The notes beneath the pieces were generated by a model, which saw nothing but the letters and a program-made list of their open reading frames with translations, ran no database searches and was not told the origin of the DNA. Both the position numbers and the translations under genes were made by a program. Below are positions 50,932 to 61,248 of a stretch of DNA of 64,000 nt, in pieces. Each line of letters begins with the position of its first letter. Position 1 is the first letter of the stretch. Source of the DNA: Spirochaetia bacterium (lineage in GTDB: Bacteria > Spirochaetota > Spirochaetia > WTKD01 > G963693115); contig CBDDCA010000005.1 in the NCBI GenBank assembly GCA_965226055.1, positions 448,001 to 512,000 on the forward strand, in the 5' to 3' direction.

Positions 50932-53900
50932 CTACGATGAGGGACATGCTACTTTATCATTCTTAGTCTTTGGGTACTGTGCTTTTTTACCAGCCATAGC
51001 TGAACCTATAACCATATTTGCTACGTCAATGTCAATTTTACACAATTTCCATGATGATAAATTTTGATCAAAATTAATGGCATCTTCAAATACACCACTA
51101 ACTAGCTTAATATTCCTAACATTCCAATTTCCTATATCTTGATTAAAGGCTCTTGCCTCAAAAAACATCAAGGATATATCAGTTACTTCCTCAATATTCC
51201 AATTTCCTATATCTTGATTAAAGGCTCTTGTTCCCCTAAACATACCCCCCATATTCGTTACATTACTAGTATTCCACCGTGTTATATCTCCATTAAAAGT
51301 ACTATCTTGATAAAACAATTGATACATATTAGTAATAGCACTCGTATCTATCATGTTGAGGTTGGGGCTAGGGTTGCTACTCTTCCCTCCTGTAGCTTGC
51401 CTTGTTTTTTCTTCGCTGATAATAGTTTGTAGTGCTGATCTTGTTGTTGGTCTGTAATAGGTTTCTGCTTTTCCTGATGGTGCTGTTCTTAGCTCTGTCT
51501 GTATAACGATAGTGGCAGGTACTTTTTTCTTTGAAGCGGTTATTGTACATTGTACTACATCGTAGCTATATTCAGTAATAGCAGTGTCTCGTATATTGGA
51601 TTTGTTTGCTATGCCTGTTACAGTAACTGTTTTGCTACTCTGTTCAAACGATACTGCTAGCCCTGTCTCTTTTTTGATTTTCTCTGCATCTGCCTCTTGT
51701 ATATTGGCATCACAGGTAAAGGCATTGCCACTGGGTGTGCTTGCTAATACTCTTGTAGTATTTGATGCGAGTGCTGTGCCTACTGTTGCTGAAACTATGC
51801 TAGTGTTTCCTATAGATATTGCACTTACTTCAAATTCATGGCGTTCTCCTGTTGATGCTTTTGTAGGATCGGTGCTGTTTACTGCTTGTACTACTATTTC
51901 GTAGGTCGTTCCGTTTGTCAATCCTGTCAGGGTAGTGTTGGTTGTTCCTGCTGCTACTGTTGTGGGGCTTGAGTCTGCTTGTTTTATTGCTGCTACATTT
52001 CTTGCACTGCCACCTTTGGCTACTTTGTATACTTTGTACGATACCTGTGCTACTGTTAGGGTAGCTCCTGTATTTGCTTTGTGGCTTGCACTGAGGCTGG
52101 GAGCTGTCCACGATACTCTCATACCTGTCTGGGCTACTCTTGTCTGTATAGTTGATACTTCTGCAGGGGCTGTCGCTTGCGATGCGGTCGTTACGCTTGC
52201 CACTGACGATGCTACTTTTTTGCTTGGGTCTGTTTTTACTGCTACTTCTACCACAAAGTAATACTTTGTCGCTCCTTTTATTGCTACTACTGGTGCTGTG
52301 TCTGATGACAAGCCTAAACTGGCAAGGGCTGGTACTGTGTACACTCCGCTACTTGCACTGCCTAGGTTTATCTTTCTGCCTGCAAGTACTTCTGCTACTG
52401 TAGGGTCAGTGTCTTTCTGTAAGCCATACACTGTGTATGCTAGCTGATTGCTTGCTGTTATGCTTGTGCCATCGTAGTCTTTCGCTCCTGTAAATGTGCT
52501 TAGCTCGGTAAGTACCAGCTTTATTGTTCCTGTAGTATTTGTTGACGGTGATACTACCAGCTTTCCTGTGAGTAATGACTGATTTGGTGCTACTGCTTTG
52601 GAAGTATAGATTTCCTTTATTTCTGTTACATCGGTGTAAAAGCCTGCAGGAAAGAGCTTGTCACTATTTGTTGCATCGTAATTGGGGGATGTTGTGTTTA
52701 CTATCCTCACTCCTATGTAGTAGTCCTTTGCTGTTTCTATGGGCGTTGCTCCTGCATTGCTTCCACTGGTACTGTCTACTATTGCTATGGATATTGTGTC
52801 TTGAGTTGTTCCTGTTGCTTTTGTGTATTTTGCTACTCTTGTACTGGTTTTTTTCAATGCCCACAAGGCCGATACACTGGCAGGCTTTCCAGTGCTATCT
52901 TCTTTCTTGAGGTATAGCACATAGTAGGCAAGGTCTGTCGCTTCAAGGGCATTGCCATTTGCTTTGCTCACTCCTGCTATAGCTGAGGCATTGAGCTGTA
53001 CTGTTATGACTTTTTTCCCTCTGTTGCTTCCTGTTGTAGGCACTGCAAATACTACTGCATTACTGTTAGTGTAGGTTGTTACTTTTGGTGTGCTTGGGGG
53101 AGCGGTAAGCGTTGCTTTCTTTATTGTTACTGATGCTCCTATGCTATAGGCAGGATTGAGGCTGTTTATTGCTTCTACTCCTGCGGTATAGTCTGCTCCT
53201 TTTGTTCCTATAAATGTTGCTTTTAATGGAGTGCTGTTTCCTGCTAGCTCTCTTGTTTGTACTCCTGCAAGGGCTTTTATTTCGTCTAGTGTCTTTGTGC
53301 TGTGATCTCCTGCTGCTATGTATACTTTGTACTGTATTTGTGCCTGTGTGAGTTTTGCTCCACTGGGAGCTTTGTTATCATTGGTAATGTCTCCTGCACT
53401 AAATGTATAGACTGCTTTTGCAGTTGTTTGGGTTACTGACTCTACGGAGAGCTTTGCATCTTTGGGAGCGGGCGGTGCTGTTGAGGTGCTATCATATACT
53501 GCTACTGCATCACTCAGCGCGGTTACGGGGCTTACTCTGTTATTTGCTATTTGCAGAAAATCAAAGCGATAATTCTTGGCATTTGCTTGGCTCTTGGGTA
53601 CTTCTACGCCATCTGCTATCCCAAAGCTAATGGTGGTTGCTGTGTTTGTTATGCTTTTTTCTGCTATTAAGGTAGCTCCATCTTTCATACGCAAAGTATA
53701 GTATCGTCCTATGCCTGGAGCATTCTTAAAAGTTGCTTTTATTTGTATAGCTCCTGTTGTGTCTAGGGTAGGCTTGCTTTGAAAGAGATCCTCTGAGGGA
53801 GCTGTGAGTGAGTTGGGGGTGGTTATGTCTTTTGTTGCTTGGGTGCTTTTATTTTCTGAGTAATCAAGCGTGAGTATTGTTATGGTATATGTTTTTCCTT

Positions 53901-55581
53901 GCACAAGTTCTTCTACAGAGAGTGCTGTCGTGGGATAGGGTATTTTCTTCTCGCTCAGTACTGTGGTGCTTGTGCTTTTTTCTGCTATGCTTATACTGTA
54001 TTCTTTTATGTCTTTGTTCTTGGCTTTTGTCCCATCGGGGGCTGTCCATATTATCTGTGTGCCTATCTTTGCTGCTGATACAAAGGGATAGCTTGCTTGT
54101 ATGTTTGTCACTGCATCGGGGGCGGTGCTGTCTGCTGATGTGGTTACTGTGGCTGTTGCTTCTGTTCCTTTGTTGCCTGCACTGTCCATTGATACGACTG
54201 CCACTGTATACTCGGTGGTAGCTTTGAGGCCTGTTATCTGTGTGTTGCGTACTGTTCTCTCTGTTATTGTCACTGTCTTTGCAGGGGTACTGCTGTCTTT
54301 TTCTGTTGCTGTTATACTCACTCCTGCATAGTCTCGTACATCGGGAGCTTGCCAGCCTACTACTAGGCTTGTTGCTCCTCCTGTGGCACTCACATTGCTT
54401 ACAGGCTCTGTGCTTTTGTCTGTTGTTGCTTGTTCTTTTGATACTGCAGTGGAGTACTTTCCGTTTTGAGAAACATACACCTCTACTTTGTAAGTAAGCG
54501 TGCCATAGAGTTTTGTGAGTGCTATGCCATCTTTTGCCACATACACAGTGGCGTACTCTCTGTTGTCTGCACTTGCTCCGCTGACATTTGTTGCACTTGT
54601 GTCTTTATCTATTGTCTCCTCTGCTACTACTGTATTGGTTGCGGTTGCTATCACTCGTACTTGGAGGCTTTTTTCTGTACTTCCTGTTCCAAAGTTAAAA
54701 CTCCCCCACTTAATAAGCAGGCTTTCATCGGCTGGGCTATTGCTTTTATCGTTTGCTGTTACTGTAAGATCTGCCTCTGGGAGTGGCGTTACTGTCTGTG
54801 AGAGTGCTGATGGCACTATGCCTCTGAGTGCTTGCTTTGCCGTGCTTTTGTTACCGTTGCTATCTTTGTACACTACTACTATATCATAGCTGATGCCATC
54901 TATAGTGGGGACAGCAATGCTCACTTCTCCTTGTGTTACATCTTGTACTGTTACTTCTGTCTTTACCCCAGTAGTTCTTTCTATCACCTGTATTGTGGCT
55001 TCGGCTATGTCTGTTTTGCCTGACGAGAGCAGTGCTTTGTCCCATGTTAGCTTTATACCATTTGTTGCTGATTCTACTGCTACTTGGGTAAAGGTGTCCT
55101 GTGGTGCAGTTTCATCAGTAAGTGTTGTCACAGATCGGGTTATTTTTGGTGATACTTCTGAGTCTGAGCCTGAGTCTGATTTTTGAGCTTCTATCTCTAC
55201 AGTATAATCGGTAGTAGCGTGCAAGCCTCTGAGAGTGTAGGGTCTGTTTTGTTGAAACAATGCACGATATTCTATTGCAGGAACACGCACTTGTATTGAC
55301 TGGGCTGGTGCGGTAGATGTAGCTTTTACGACTACATGTGTGGCTTCGCTGGGAGCTTGCCAGCGTAACGAGAGTGTCCCATCGTTGCTTGCTGCTTGTA
55401 TCTGCACATTGGACACTGATGCGAGTGTCGGGGTTACTGAATTTCCCCCTCCGCCTGATGAACTGCTACTTCCCTCCGAACATCCTACGAGTACGAGGGT
55501 AGTCATTGCTAGCATCAATGCAACAACTATAGGTATATTCTGCTTACTTTGTAGCTTACTATTTAGATGATATTTTTTCAT
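50932..55581 (-). CDS. Giant surface lipoprotein: multiple FN3-like domains plus C-terminal DUF285/BspA-type repeats
   Basis: LVLVG-C lipobox and Ser/Gly linker; FN3 signatures (LSLRWQAP, ITGLKATTEYTVAV, LTGLTNGTTYEIVV); 25-aa repeats AFNQDIGNWN. Confidence 0.9.
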   Translation of the reverse strand: MKKYHLNSKLQSKQNIPIVVALMLAMTTLVLVGCSEGSSSSSGGGGNSVTPTLASVSNVQIQAASNDGTLSLRWQAPSEATHVVVKATSTAPAQSIQVRVPAIEYRALFQQNRPYTLRGLHATTDYTVEIEAQKSDSGSDSEVSPKITRSVTTLTDETAPQDTFTQVAVESATNGIKLTWDKALLSSGKTDIAEATIQVIERTTGVKTEVTVQDVTQGEVSIAVPTIDGISYDIVVVYKDSNGNKSTAKQALRGIVPSALSQTVTPLPEADLTVTANDKSNSPADESLLIKWGSFNFGTGSTEKSLQVRVIATATNTVVAEETIDKDTSATNVSGASADNREYATVYVAKDGIALTKLYGTLTYKVEVYVSQNGKYSTAVSKEQATTDKSTEPVSNVSATGGATSLVVGWQAPDVRDYAGVSITATEKDSSTPAKTVTITERTVRNTQITGLKATTEYTVAVVSMDSAGNKGTEATATVTTSADSTAPDAVTNIQASYPFVSAAKIGTQIIWTAPDGTKAKNKDIKEYSISIAEKSTSTTVLSEKKIPYPTTALSVEELVQGKTYTITILTLDYSENKSTQATKDITTPNSLTAPSEDLFQSKPTLDTTGAIQIKATFKNAPGIGRYYTLRMKDGATLIAEKSITNTATTISFGIADGVEVPKSQANAKNYRFDFLQIANNRVSPVTALSDAVAVYDSTSTAPPAPKDAKLSVESVTQTTAKAVYTFSAGDITNDNKAPSGAKLTQAQIQYKVYIAAGDHSTKTLDEIKALAGVQTRELAGNSTPLKATFIGTKGADYTAGVEAINSLNPAYSIGASVTIKKATLTAPPSTPKVTTYTNSNAVVFAVPTTGSNRGKKVITVQLNASAIAGVSKANGNALEATDLAYYVLYLKKEDSTGKPASVSALWALKKTSTRVAKYTKATGTTQDTISIAIVDSTSGSNAGATPIETAKDYYIGVRIVNTTSPNYDATNSDKLFPAGFYTDVTEIKEIYTSKAVAPNQSLLTGKLVVSPSTNTTGTIKLVLTELSTFTGAKDYDGTSITASNQLAYTVYGLQKDTDPTVAEVLAGRKINLGSASSGVYTVPALASLGLSSDTAPVVAIKGATKYYFVVEVAVKTDPSKKVASSVASVTTASQATAPAEVSTIQTRVAQTGMRVSWTAPSLSASHKANTGATLTVAQVSYKVYKVAKGGSARNVAAIKQADSSPTTVAAGTTNTTLTGLTNGTTYEIVVQAVNSTDPTKASTGERHEFEVSAISIGNTSIVSATVGTALASNTTRVLASTPSGNAFTCDANIQEADAEKIKKETGLAVSFEQSSKTVTVTGIANKSNIRDTAITEYSYDVVQCTITASKKKVPATIVIQTELRTAPSGKAETYYRPTTRSALQTIISEEKTRQATGGKSSNPSPNLNMIDTSAITNMYQLFYQDSTFNGDITRWNTSNVTNMGGMFRGTRAFNQDIGNWNIEEVTDISLMFFEARAFNQDIGNWNVRNIKLVSGVFEDAINFDQNLSSWKLCKIDIDVANMVIGSAMAGKKAQYPKTKNDKVACPSS
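51121..51230 (-). repeat. 35-bp exact direct repeat at a 75-bp period (DUF285 units)
   Basis: ATTCCAATTTCCTATATCTTGATTAAAGGCTCTTG at 51121 and 51196. Confidence 0.85.
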
Positions 55582-55686
55582 AATGTTCTCCTTATAATTA
55601 TCTATTTATTGTATAATTATCATTATACATCATACACAAATACCATTATACCAAAAATACTATTTTTTGTGTTATATCTGAAAATT

Positions 55687-55703
55687 AAAAAAAAAAAAAA
55701 AAA
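55687..55703 (-). repeat. T17 tract upstream of the lipoprotein promoter
   Basis: A17-TACAC on the + strand; extended -10 TGGTATAAT at 55653-55645. Confidence 0.85.
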
Positions 55704-55913
55704 TACACTGGATTACACAAAAAAACGCATAGCAAAAAGTGATAATAATGCTACAATTAGTACTTGAATCCACAAGACTCAAGTTCCAATTTGAATTTCC
55801 ATGTACTTACTAAAAATACTATTTTCTGATATATTAAATAATAGATATGTTCAAAAATATAAAATGACTAAAGAGCATATACATAAATGACGAAGGATAC
55901 TAGTATCTTATAT

Positions 55914-58241
55914 ATGCATAAAAAAATATCTGCTAAAACATTTTTTTTACTCATTAGTAGTTATAGCCTTCTGTTATTTCTTGTAAATTGTAGTTCTGTA
56001 AACAATACCACAAAAAATCCTGTATTTGAATGGAAATATAAAACTAATTTTCATATCATATCCTCTCCTGCAGTAGATTCTGCTGGAAATATATACTTTG
56101 GTTCACAAGATAAGCATATATACGCTCTCAACCCAAATGGCAAACTCATCTGGAAAAAACAACTGGGGAGTAAAGTCAATTCCTCTCCCACTCTTATTGC
56201 AGGAAAACTATATGTCGGAAGTCAAGATACCTATCTTTATATATTAAATATGTCAAATGGCGATATATTAAAAAGGTATAAAACGAATGATTCTATACAT
56301 GCCTCTACAGCTATTGATGAGTTTGGAAATATATATTTTGGTTCTTACGATGGCTTCTTTTATGCCTTAAACTCAGATACAACACTCAAATGGAAATTTA
56401 AAACAAATGGCATTATTGATTCAAGTCCTGCAATAGATGATAAAGGCACTATTTATATTGCCTCTACAGATGGTAATGTATACGCATTCAACTCATCAAG
56501 TAATGTACCGCTGTGGACTTTCTCCACTCAAGATAAAATAACAGCATCTCCTGCTATTGGACAAGATAATATCATATATATTGGCTCTTTTGATGGGTAT
56601 TTATACGCCATATATCCTGATGGTACAGAAAAATGGAAATTCAAAACAGACAATAAAATAACATCTTCAGCTGCAATTACGTCTGATAACACTATTGTCT
56701 TTGGTTCTCTTGACAAAAGCCTGTACGCAATTTCAGAAGATGGCACATTGTCATGGAAAAGAGAATTAAGAGGACAGATTAGTTCTTCTCCTGCAATAAC
56801 AAAAGGCAATTTCATTTTCATTGGATCCTATGATTACCATGTATACATGATAAGAGCAGAGGATGGCTCTATTAATTGGACTTACAACTTAAACGATTTT
56901 ATTATCTCTTCTCCTACAATAACAAAAAACGGAAATTTATATGTTACTTCTATGGATTACTCAATGTACGCATTTAAGATATATTCTAGAGGGTACACAC
57001 CAAGTCCTTGGCCTGGCTTTGGAGCAGGAAACATGCATACAGGAGTAGTACAAAAAAACTTAGCAGAGAACATTGCCCCCTTATTTCAAATTGCAAAAAC
57101 CGATACAGTAAAAATAAAATCACAGAACACAGAAAAGAACGCAACAGACACTATTTCAAACAATTATCCACGATCAAAAGTTATATCAAGCATTAAAGCA
57201 GAATCACAAAGTTTTGTATACACATATAATTTAGATTTGCAAAGTACAAGTATTGAGCTTACAACTATTGATACTACAAATGGAAAAATTCTTGACAATA
57301 AAATTATTGACACCCCTCTTAGTAATCTAACATCCCCTTTAGTGTTCAAAGATATAAATACTATCACTGTAGGAGATAAAAACATATTTCTTGGCTTATC
57401 ATCGTTAGAACCAAAAGGCATTTCTGCATCTAGCATAAATACAAATGGAGAAATCGTACAGCAGGCTTATATTAATGATACACTTTTGTACGAGATAAAC
57501 GATCCTATTGATATGGCAAATATCACGATAGACGGAACAACATATGTCTATGTACTAGGACACGATGATAATGGATTAAGTGCATTTCAAATACTTGAAG
57601 GTACTGACACTACACTACTCAATATTTTTAATATTGATAATGTAGAAAACTACAACTATGCCCTTGATAGCCCTACCCAAATTATTACCACCACCATATA
57701 TAATACTCCGTTTCTCTTTGTTTCTAGTGCAGTAGAAAGTGGAATATCACTCTTTAGAATAAATACTGATGGTACATTGATCTATACAGACTCAGTGTTT
57801 GATATACAAAACAAAGATTTCTATATAAGAGATATTAACTCAATGGCACTTCTTTCAGGATCAGGAACTACCTATCTGGTAACTGCAAGCGATGTTGAAA
57901 ATGGCATCAGTATTTTTTCCATTTCAAGCACTGGAATATTAGTCCCTACTACCCATATTAACTTTAACGAACATAATTTTGATATACAACAGTTAGGATA
58001 TATTTCATCTCTCAATATTGACAATGCCTACTACCTTGTAGTGTACGAGCAATCACAAATTTCTAGTAATATTTTTACTATCAATAACGAAAATAATATA
58101 TCACAATTTATCAATGACAGAACCTTTCAATCTGCTCTTAATGACACTACTACTATAACCGATATATCCACCAATACATCAGATACATTATTAGTATTTG
58201 CAAAAGAAAAAGAAATCGGACTCTACAAAATAGTACAATAA
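55914..58241 (+). CDS. Lipoprotein with a PQQ-like beta-propeller and a second propeller-like domain
   Basis: LLFLVN-C lipobox; about 8 repeats of W.F.T...I.SSPAI..DG.IY.GS.DG..YA; start 55914 or 55887. Confidence 0.85.
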   Translation: MHKKISAKTFFLLISSYSLLLFLVNCSSVNNTTKNPVFEWKYKTNFHIISSPAVDSAGNIYFGSQDKHIYALNPNGKLIWKKQLGSKVNSSPTLIAGKLYVGSQDTYLYILNMSNGDILKRYKTNDSIHASTAIDEFGNIYFGSYDGFFYALNSDTTLKWKFKTNGIIDSSPAIDDKGTIYIASTDGNVYAFNSSSNVPLWTFSTQDKITASPAIGQDNIIYIGSFDGYLYAIYPDGTEKWKFKTDNKITSSAAITSDNTIVFGSLDKSLYAISEDGTLSWKRELRGQISSSPAITKGNFIFIGSYDYHVYMIRAEDGSINWTYNLNDFIISSPTITKNGNLYVTSMDYSMYAFKIYSRGYTPSPWPGFGAGNMHTGVVQKNLAENIAPLFQIAKTDTVKIKSQNTEKNATDTISNNYPRSKVISSIKAESQSFVYTYNLDLQSTSIELTTIDTTNGKILDNKIIDTPLSNLTSPLVFKDINTITVGDKNIFLGLSSLEPKGISASSINTNGEIVQQAYINDTLLYEINDPIDMANITIDGTTYVYVLGHDDNGLSAFQILEGTDTTLLNIFNIDNVENYNYALDSPTQIITTTIYNTPFLFVSSAVESGISLFRINTDGTLIYTDSVFDIQNKDFYIRDINSMALLSGSGTTYLVTASDVENGISIFSISSTGILVPTTHINFNEHNFDIQQLGYISSLNIDNAYYLVVYEQSQISSNIFTINNENNISQFINDRTFQSALNDTTTITDISTNTSDTLLVFAKEKEIGLYKIVQ

Positions 58242-58242
58242 C

Positions 58243-59613
58243 CTAATGAGATGCTTTTAATAAAGCATTAGCAAAGTTATATAGTCTCTTTATTATAATA
58301 AGTATTTTATCCCCATACTCTGGATCTTTTGCCCATCTCCCACTTAAACCAAGTACTGTAGGAGAACTTCCAATCAATCCCAATCTTTCTAAAATAGGGT
58401 ATCGTGGATCTACTAATTTACCAACAAGTAAGTCACGAGTGGCATATCCTTTTAAGTGTTGTATATGAGCACGTATCCCAATTAACTCAGAAGGAAACCA
58501 ATGTCCTTCCGCGAATTGATTTATAGCACCAATACCAGCAAAATTAAACTGTTCTTTTTGTACTGTACCAGTAAAGCGCAAAAAATTAGTCTCAAGTAGC
58601 ATCTGTGCTATAGCAACATCATAATTAACATTTTCTCTATTTGATTCTTGAACATAATACGATACTATCTTCTCTACATATTCAACATTTAATGTAGGAA
58701 CATTATATAAAATAAAAGCAACAATCTCCTTTATATTAACTTTTCCTTCTCCAATAATAGACATATCCGATTGAGGAATAGGAATTTGCTCCACAGAAGC
58801 TCTATCATCATCAAGCTCTACCTCTATCTTTGTATCTTTTTCTGCTACAACAGGTTTGCTGATAGGAGGGTACGAAAAAATAATCTCTACTCTTCTATTT
58901 TTCCATCGTTGTTGTTCATCAGAAGCTAGCTGTTCACTTCCTCCCAATGCTTCTACTTGTATTCTTGTACTATCTACTCCCCTTTTAGCCAGTTCTTGCA
59001 ACACATAACTGGATCGTCTTTCGGACAGCGTTACTAAATTTCTCTTTCCTTCAACACTATTGATATCGCTTTCATTAACAACGGCAGCATGTCCTCTTAT
59101 GCGTATATTTGCAGAAGCAAGCTCCCTTTTTGCTTGTGCTGCAATGAAATCAAGTACGGCATCAGGGTCTCTATTTTGAAATATATCTTTACTGATATTG
59201 GTGGTATTACCATCAAAAAATAAAGTAGGAGCGTTTTGTTCACTCATACTCAAAAGAATCGCAAACTGTTTAATTTCTGTTTTTATCAGTTTTTCAAAAT
59301 CATTAAAGAAAGAAATACTCACTACATAGTTTACTGCAGAAAATACAGTTATATTGGGATCAAACTCCCATACATACCCACTTTGTAGCCATTGTTCTCC
59401 TTCATCTTGAAAAATAACTCTCCCATTAAACTCAGAGATACTCAATTCCCATTTATTGTATATATCAGGAGTAGCGGTTAAAAATCGGTATGGAAACCCG
59501 AATGTTTGTTCACCAGTTCTTACAGTAATACCAGCGGTAGGGGCAGTAAATTGCTGAGCAAATATACCAAAACACACATTAAAAAGCAGAATAATTATAT
59601 ATATTTTTTTCAT
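58243..59613 (-). CDS. Secreted OmpA-domain plus GH73 glucosaminidase protein
   Basis: Signal peptide; OmpA motifs IRGHA..LSERRS..NRRVEI; GH73 motifs AQMLLETNFL, QFNFAGIGA, HIQHLKGYA, WAKDPEYG. Confidence 0.85.
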   Translation of the reverse strand: MKKIYIIILLFNVCFGIFAQQFTAPTAGITVRTGEQTFGFPYRFLTATPDIYNKWELSISEFNGRVIFQDEGEQWLQSGYVWEFDPNITVFSAVNYVVSISFFNDFEKLIKTEIKQFAILLSMSEQNAPTLFFDGNTTNISKDIFQNRDPDAVLDFIAAQAKRELASANIRIRGHAAVVNESDINSVEGKRNLVTLSERRSSYVLQELAKRGVDSTRIQVEALGGSEQLASDEQQRWKNRRVEIIFSYPPISKPVVAEKDTKIEVELDDDRASVEQIPIPQSDMSIIGEGKVNIKEIVAFILYNVPTLNVEYVEKIVSYYVQESNRENVNYDVAIAQMLLETNFLRFTGTVQKEQFNFAGIGAINQFAEGHWFPSELIGIRAHIQHLKGYATRDLLVGKLVDPRYPILERLGLIGSSPTVLGLSGRWAKDPEYGDKILIIIKRLYNFANALLKASH

Positions 59614-59654
59614 ATGATTTCACCTAATTTATGGAGAGTGTTACTAGCTTTAAT

Positions 59655-59681
59655 ATATCGGCTAAAATTGTAATTTCTTTA
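59655..59681 (-). promoter_or_regulatory. Sigma28 (FliA) promoter
   Basis: TAAA, 15 nt, GCCGATAT. Confidence 0.8.
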
Positions 59682-59735
59682 TACTCGCTTGCCTCTTCTT
59701 TAGACAATTCTTTAGAAGATGAAAAAACAAAATTA

Positions 59736-60368
59736 CTAATGACCATTATCAGAAACAGTTGTCAAAGCAGCATCTGTAGAATTATAAAAATACATGTTTC
59801 TTAAGACATCAAGAATATATTTTCCATAATAAGGACTATCACTCCATTTGTTTGAAAGTTCTGACACTTGTGTAATGCTCCCTATCAATTTCTTTTTCTT
59901 TAGTATTTCAAAGCGTGGATCTACATGAGGGCTAGAAACGGGATACTCACTTGCATAACTTTTTAAGTGTTGCACATGTGCATATACTCCTGCTTCTATG
60001 GTAGAAAATCTATGGAGAAACCAAATGGATATATCTGCTCCCCCTATACCTGCAAAATTATTGTATTGTTTAGGATATTCATGAGAAAACAATAAAAAAT
60101 TAGTATGATATACCATTTGGGCAATAGTGACATCATGATTTACCCCTTCTCTCTCAGAGGCTTCCATATACGCATTAACAATAGTTTGAAGATAGGAAAT
60201 TTCAAGACTAGGATTTTTTTCTAAAATATACTGTATGATCCATTCAGATTCTAAGTGCCCTTGTCCCATAATAGATATATCAGAAAAATTATAATTCTCT
60301 GTTGCATAGGAGCTAATCGGTATATAGATAGTTATCAGTATTAAAAAAAATCTTTTATATACTACCAT
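59736..60368 (-). CDS. Secreted GH73 glucosaminidase-like protein, catalytic Glu apparently replaced by His
   Basis: AQMVYHTNFL versus AQMLLETNFL in the neighbour; NNFAGIG, HVQHLKSYA, DPRF. Confidence 0.8.
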   Translation of the reverse strand: MVVYKRFFLILITIYIPISSYATENYNFSDISIMGQGHLESEWIIQYILEKNPSLEISYLQTIVNAYMEASEREGVNHDVTIAQMVYHTNFLLFSHEYPKQYNNFAGIGGADISIWFLHRFSTIEAGVYAHVQHLKSYASEYPVSSPHVDPRFEILKKKKLIGSITQVSELSNKWSDSPYYGKYILDVLRNMYFYNSTDAALTTVSDNGH

Positions 60369-60463
60369 ATCTTTATTATACTAAATTCATACGATAGTTT
60401 ACTATCATCGTAATGATATTTGGTGGGGAGGGGAGAGGGAGCTATATCCTACACAGAAAGCAT

Positions 60464-61248
60464 TTAGAGTAATATCAAAAATAGTAAAGAAGATGAAGTA
60501 ACACCACTTATAACTCCTATTATAACACCTCTCCACGCTATAACAAGTGATTTCCTCTTTTTGTTTTTTTCATCATTGTTATGTTCTATCTTTTTTTGTA
60601 GTTCTTTTATTATTTCTAGTTTTGCTTTTATGCTTCCCTCTCTGTATAGTTATTCCTTAAAAAACTTTCAGGAGGAAAATATGGAAAACTATTATTTTCT
60701 GTTGTTACTACCTGATACACTGTGCGAACTGTTCTAATAGTAGAAATACAAAACGTTATCAAAAATAACGCCAATAAAGAGAGAAATATACCATCCTTTA
60801 TATTTTCTATAGACTTTATTCCTTCTCTGTTAAATACTAATATCACTACTATTAGTAATATAAATACCATTATAACGCCTATAGCTTTCCATTTATCCAA
60901 AATTTTTGATTTTTTATCTCTAATAATATCAATAAATAAAAATACATAAAGCAATAAGCTCCATATAAAAAGAAATATACTGATACTCATAATCAAATCA
61001 TGTGTAAATTCCACAGGTGTTATTTTGAGTATTATATATGTCATCCCTGACACTATCGCTATCATTATTACTATAAACTTTCCTAACAAAAACCGAGCGT
61101 GTGAGCTATACTCATCTAAGTCTTCTCTTATATTATTGATATGTCCCACTGCATTATCGTACATAAAGTCTAGCATCGCAGGATCTTTTTCTAAACACTT
61201 CACGTCTATATTGTCCCAATCTATTTTAGTTTCTTTTTCCTTTTCCAT
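60464..61248 (-). pseudogene. Frameshifted membrane-protein paralog of 61569..62450
   Basis: One-base loss near 60650 (AAT AA CTA versus AAT GAA TTA in the paralog); homologous LYREGSIKAKLEIIKELQK...TM continues in the shifted frame to TAA 60464. Confidence 0.75.

Noticed and set aside
51121-51230. Repeat pair as a DGR template/variable region
   Set aside because: The copies are adjacent in-frame DUF285 units without adenine-specific differences, and there is no reverse transcriptase in the window.
51139-55570. Numerous short ORFs inside the 1549-aa lipoprotein gene
   Set aside because: Antisense or alternative-frame shadows with no recognisable motifs.
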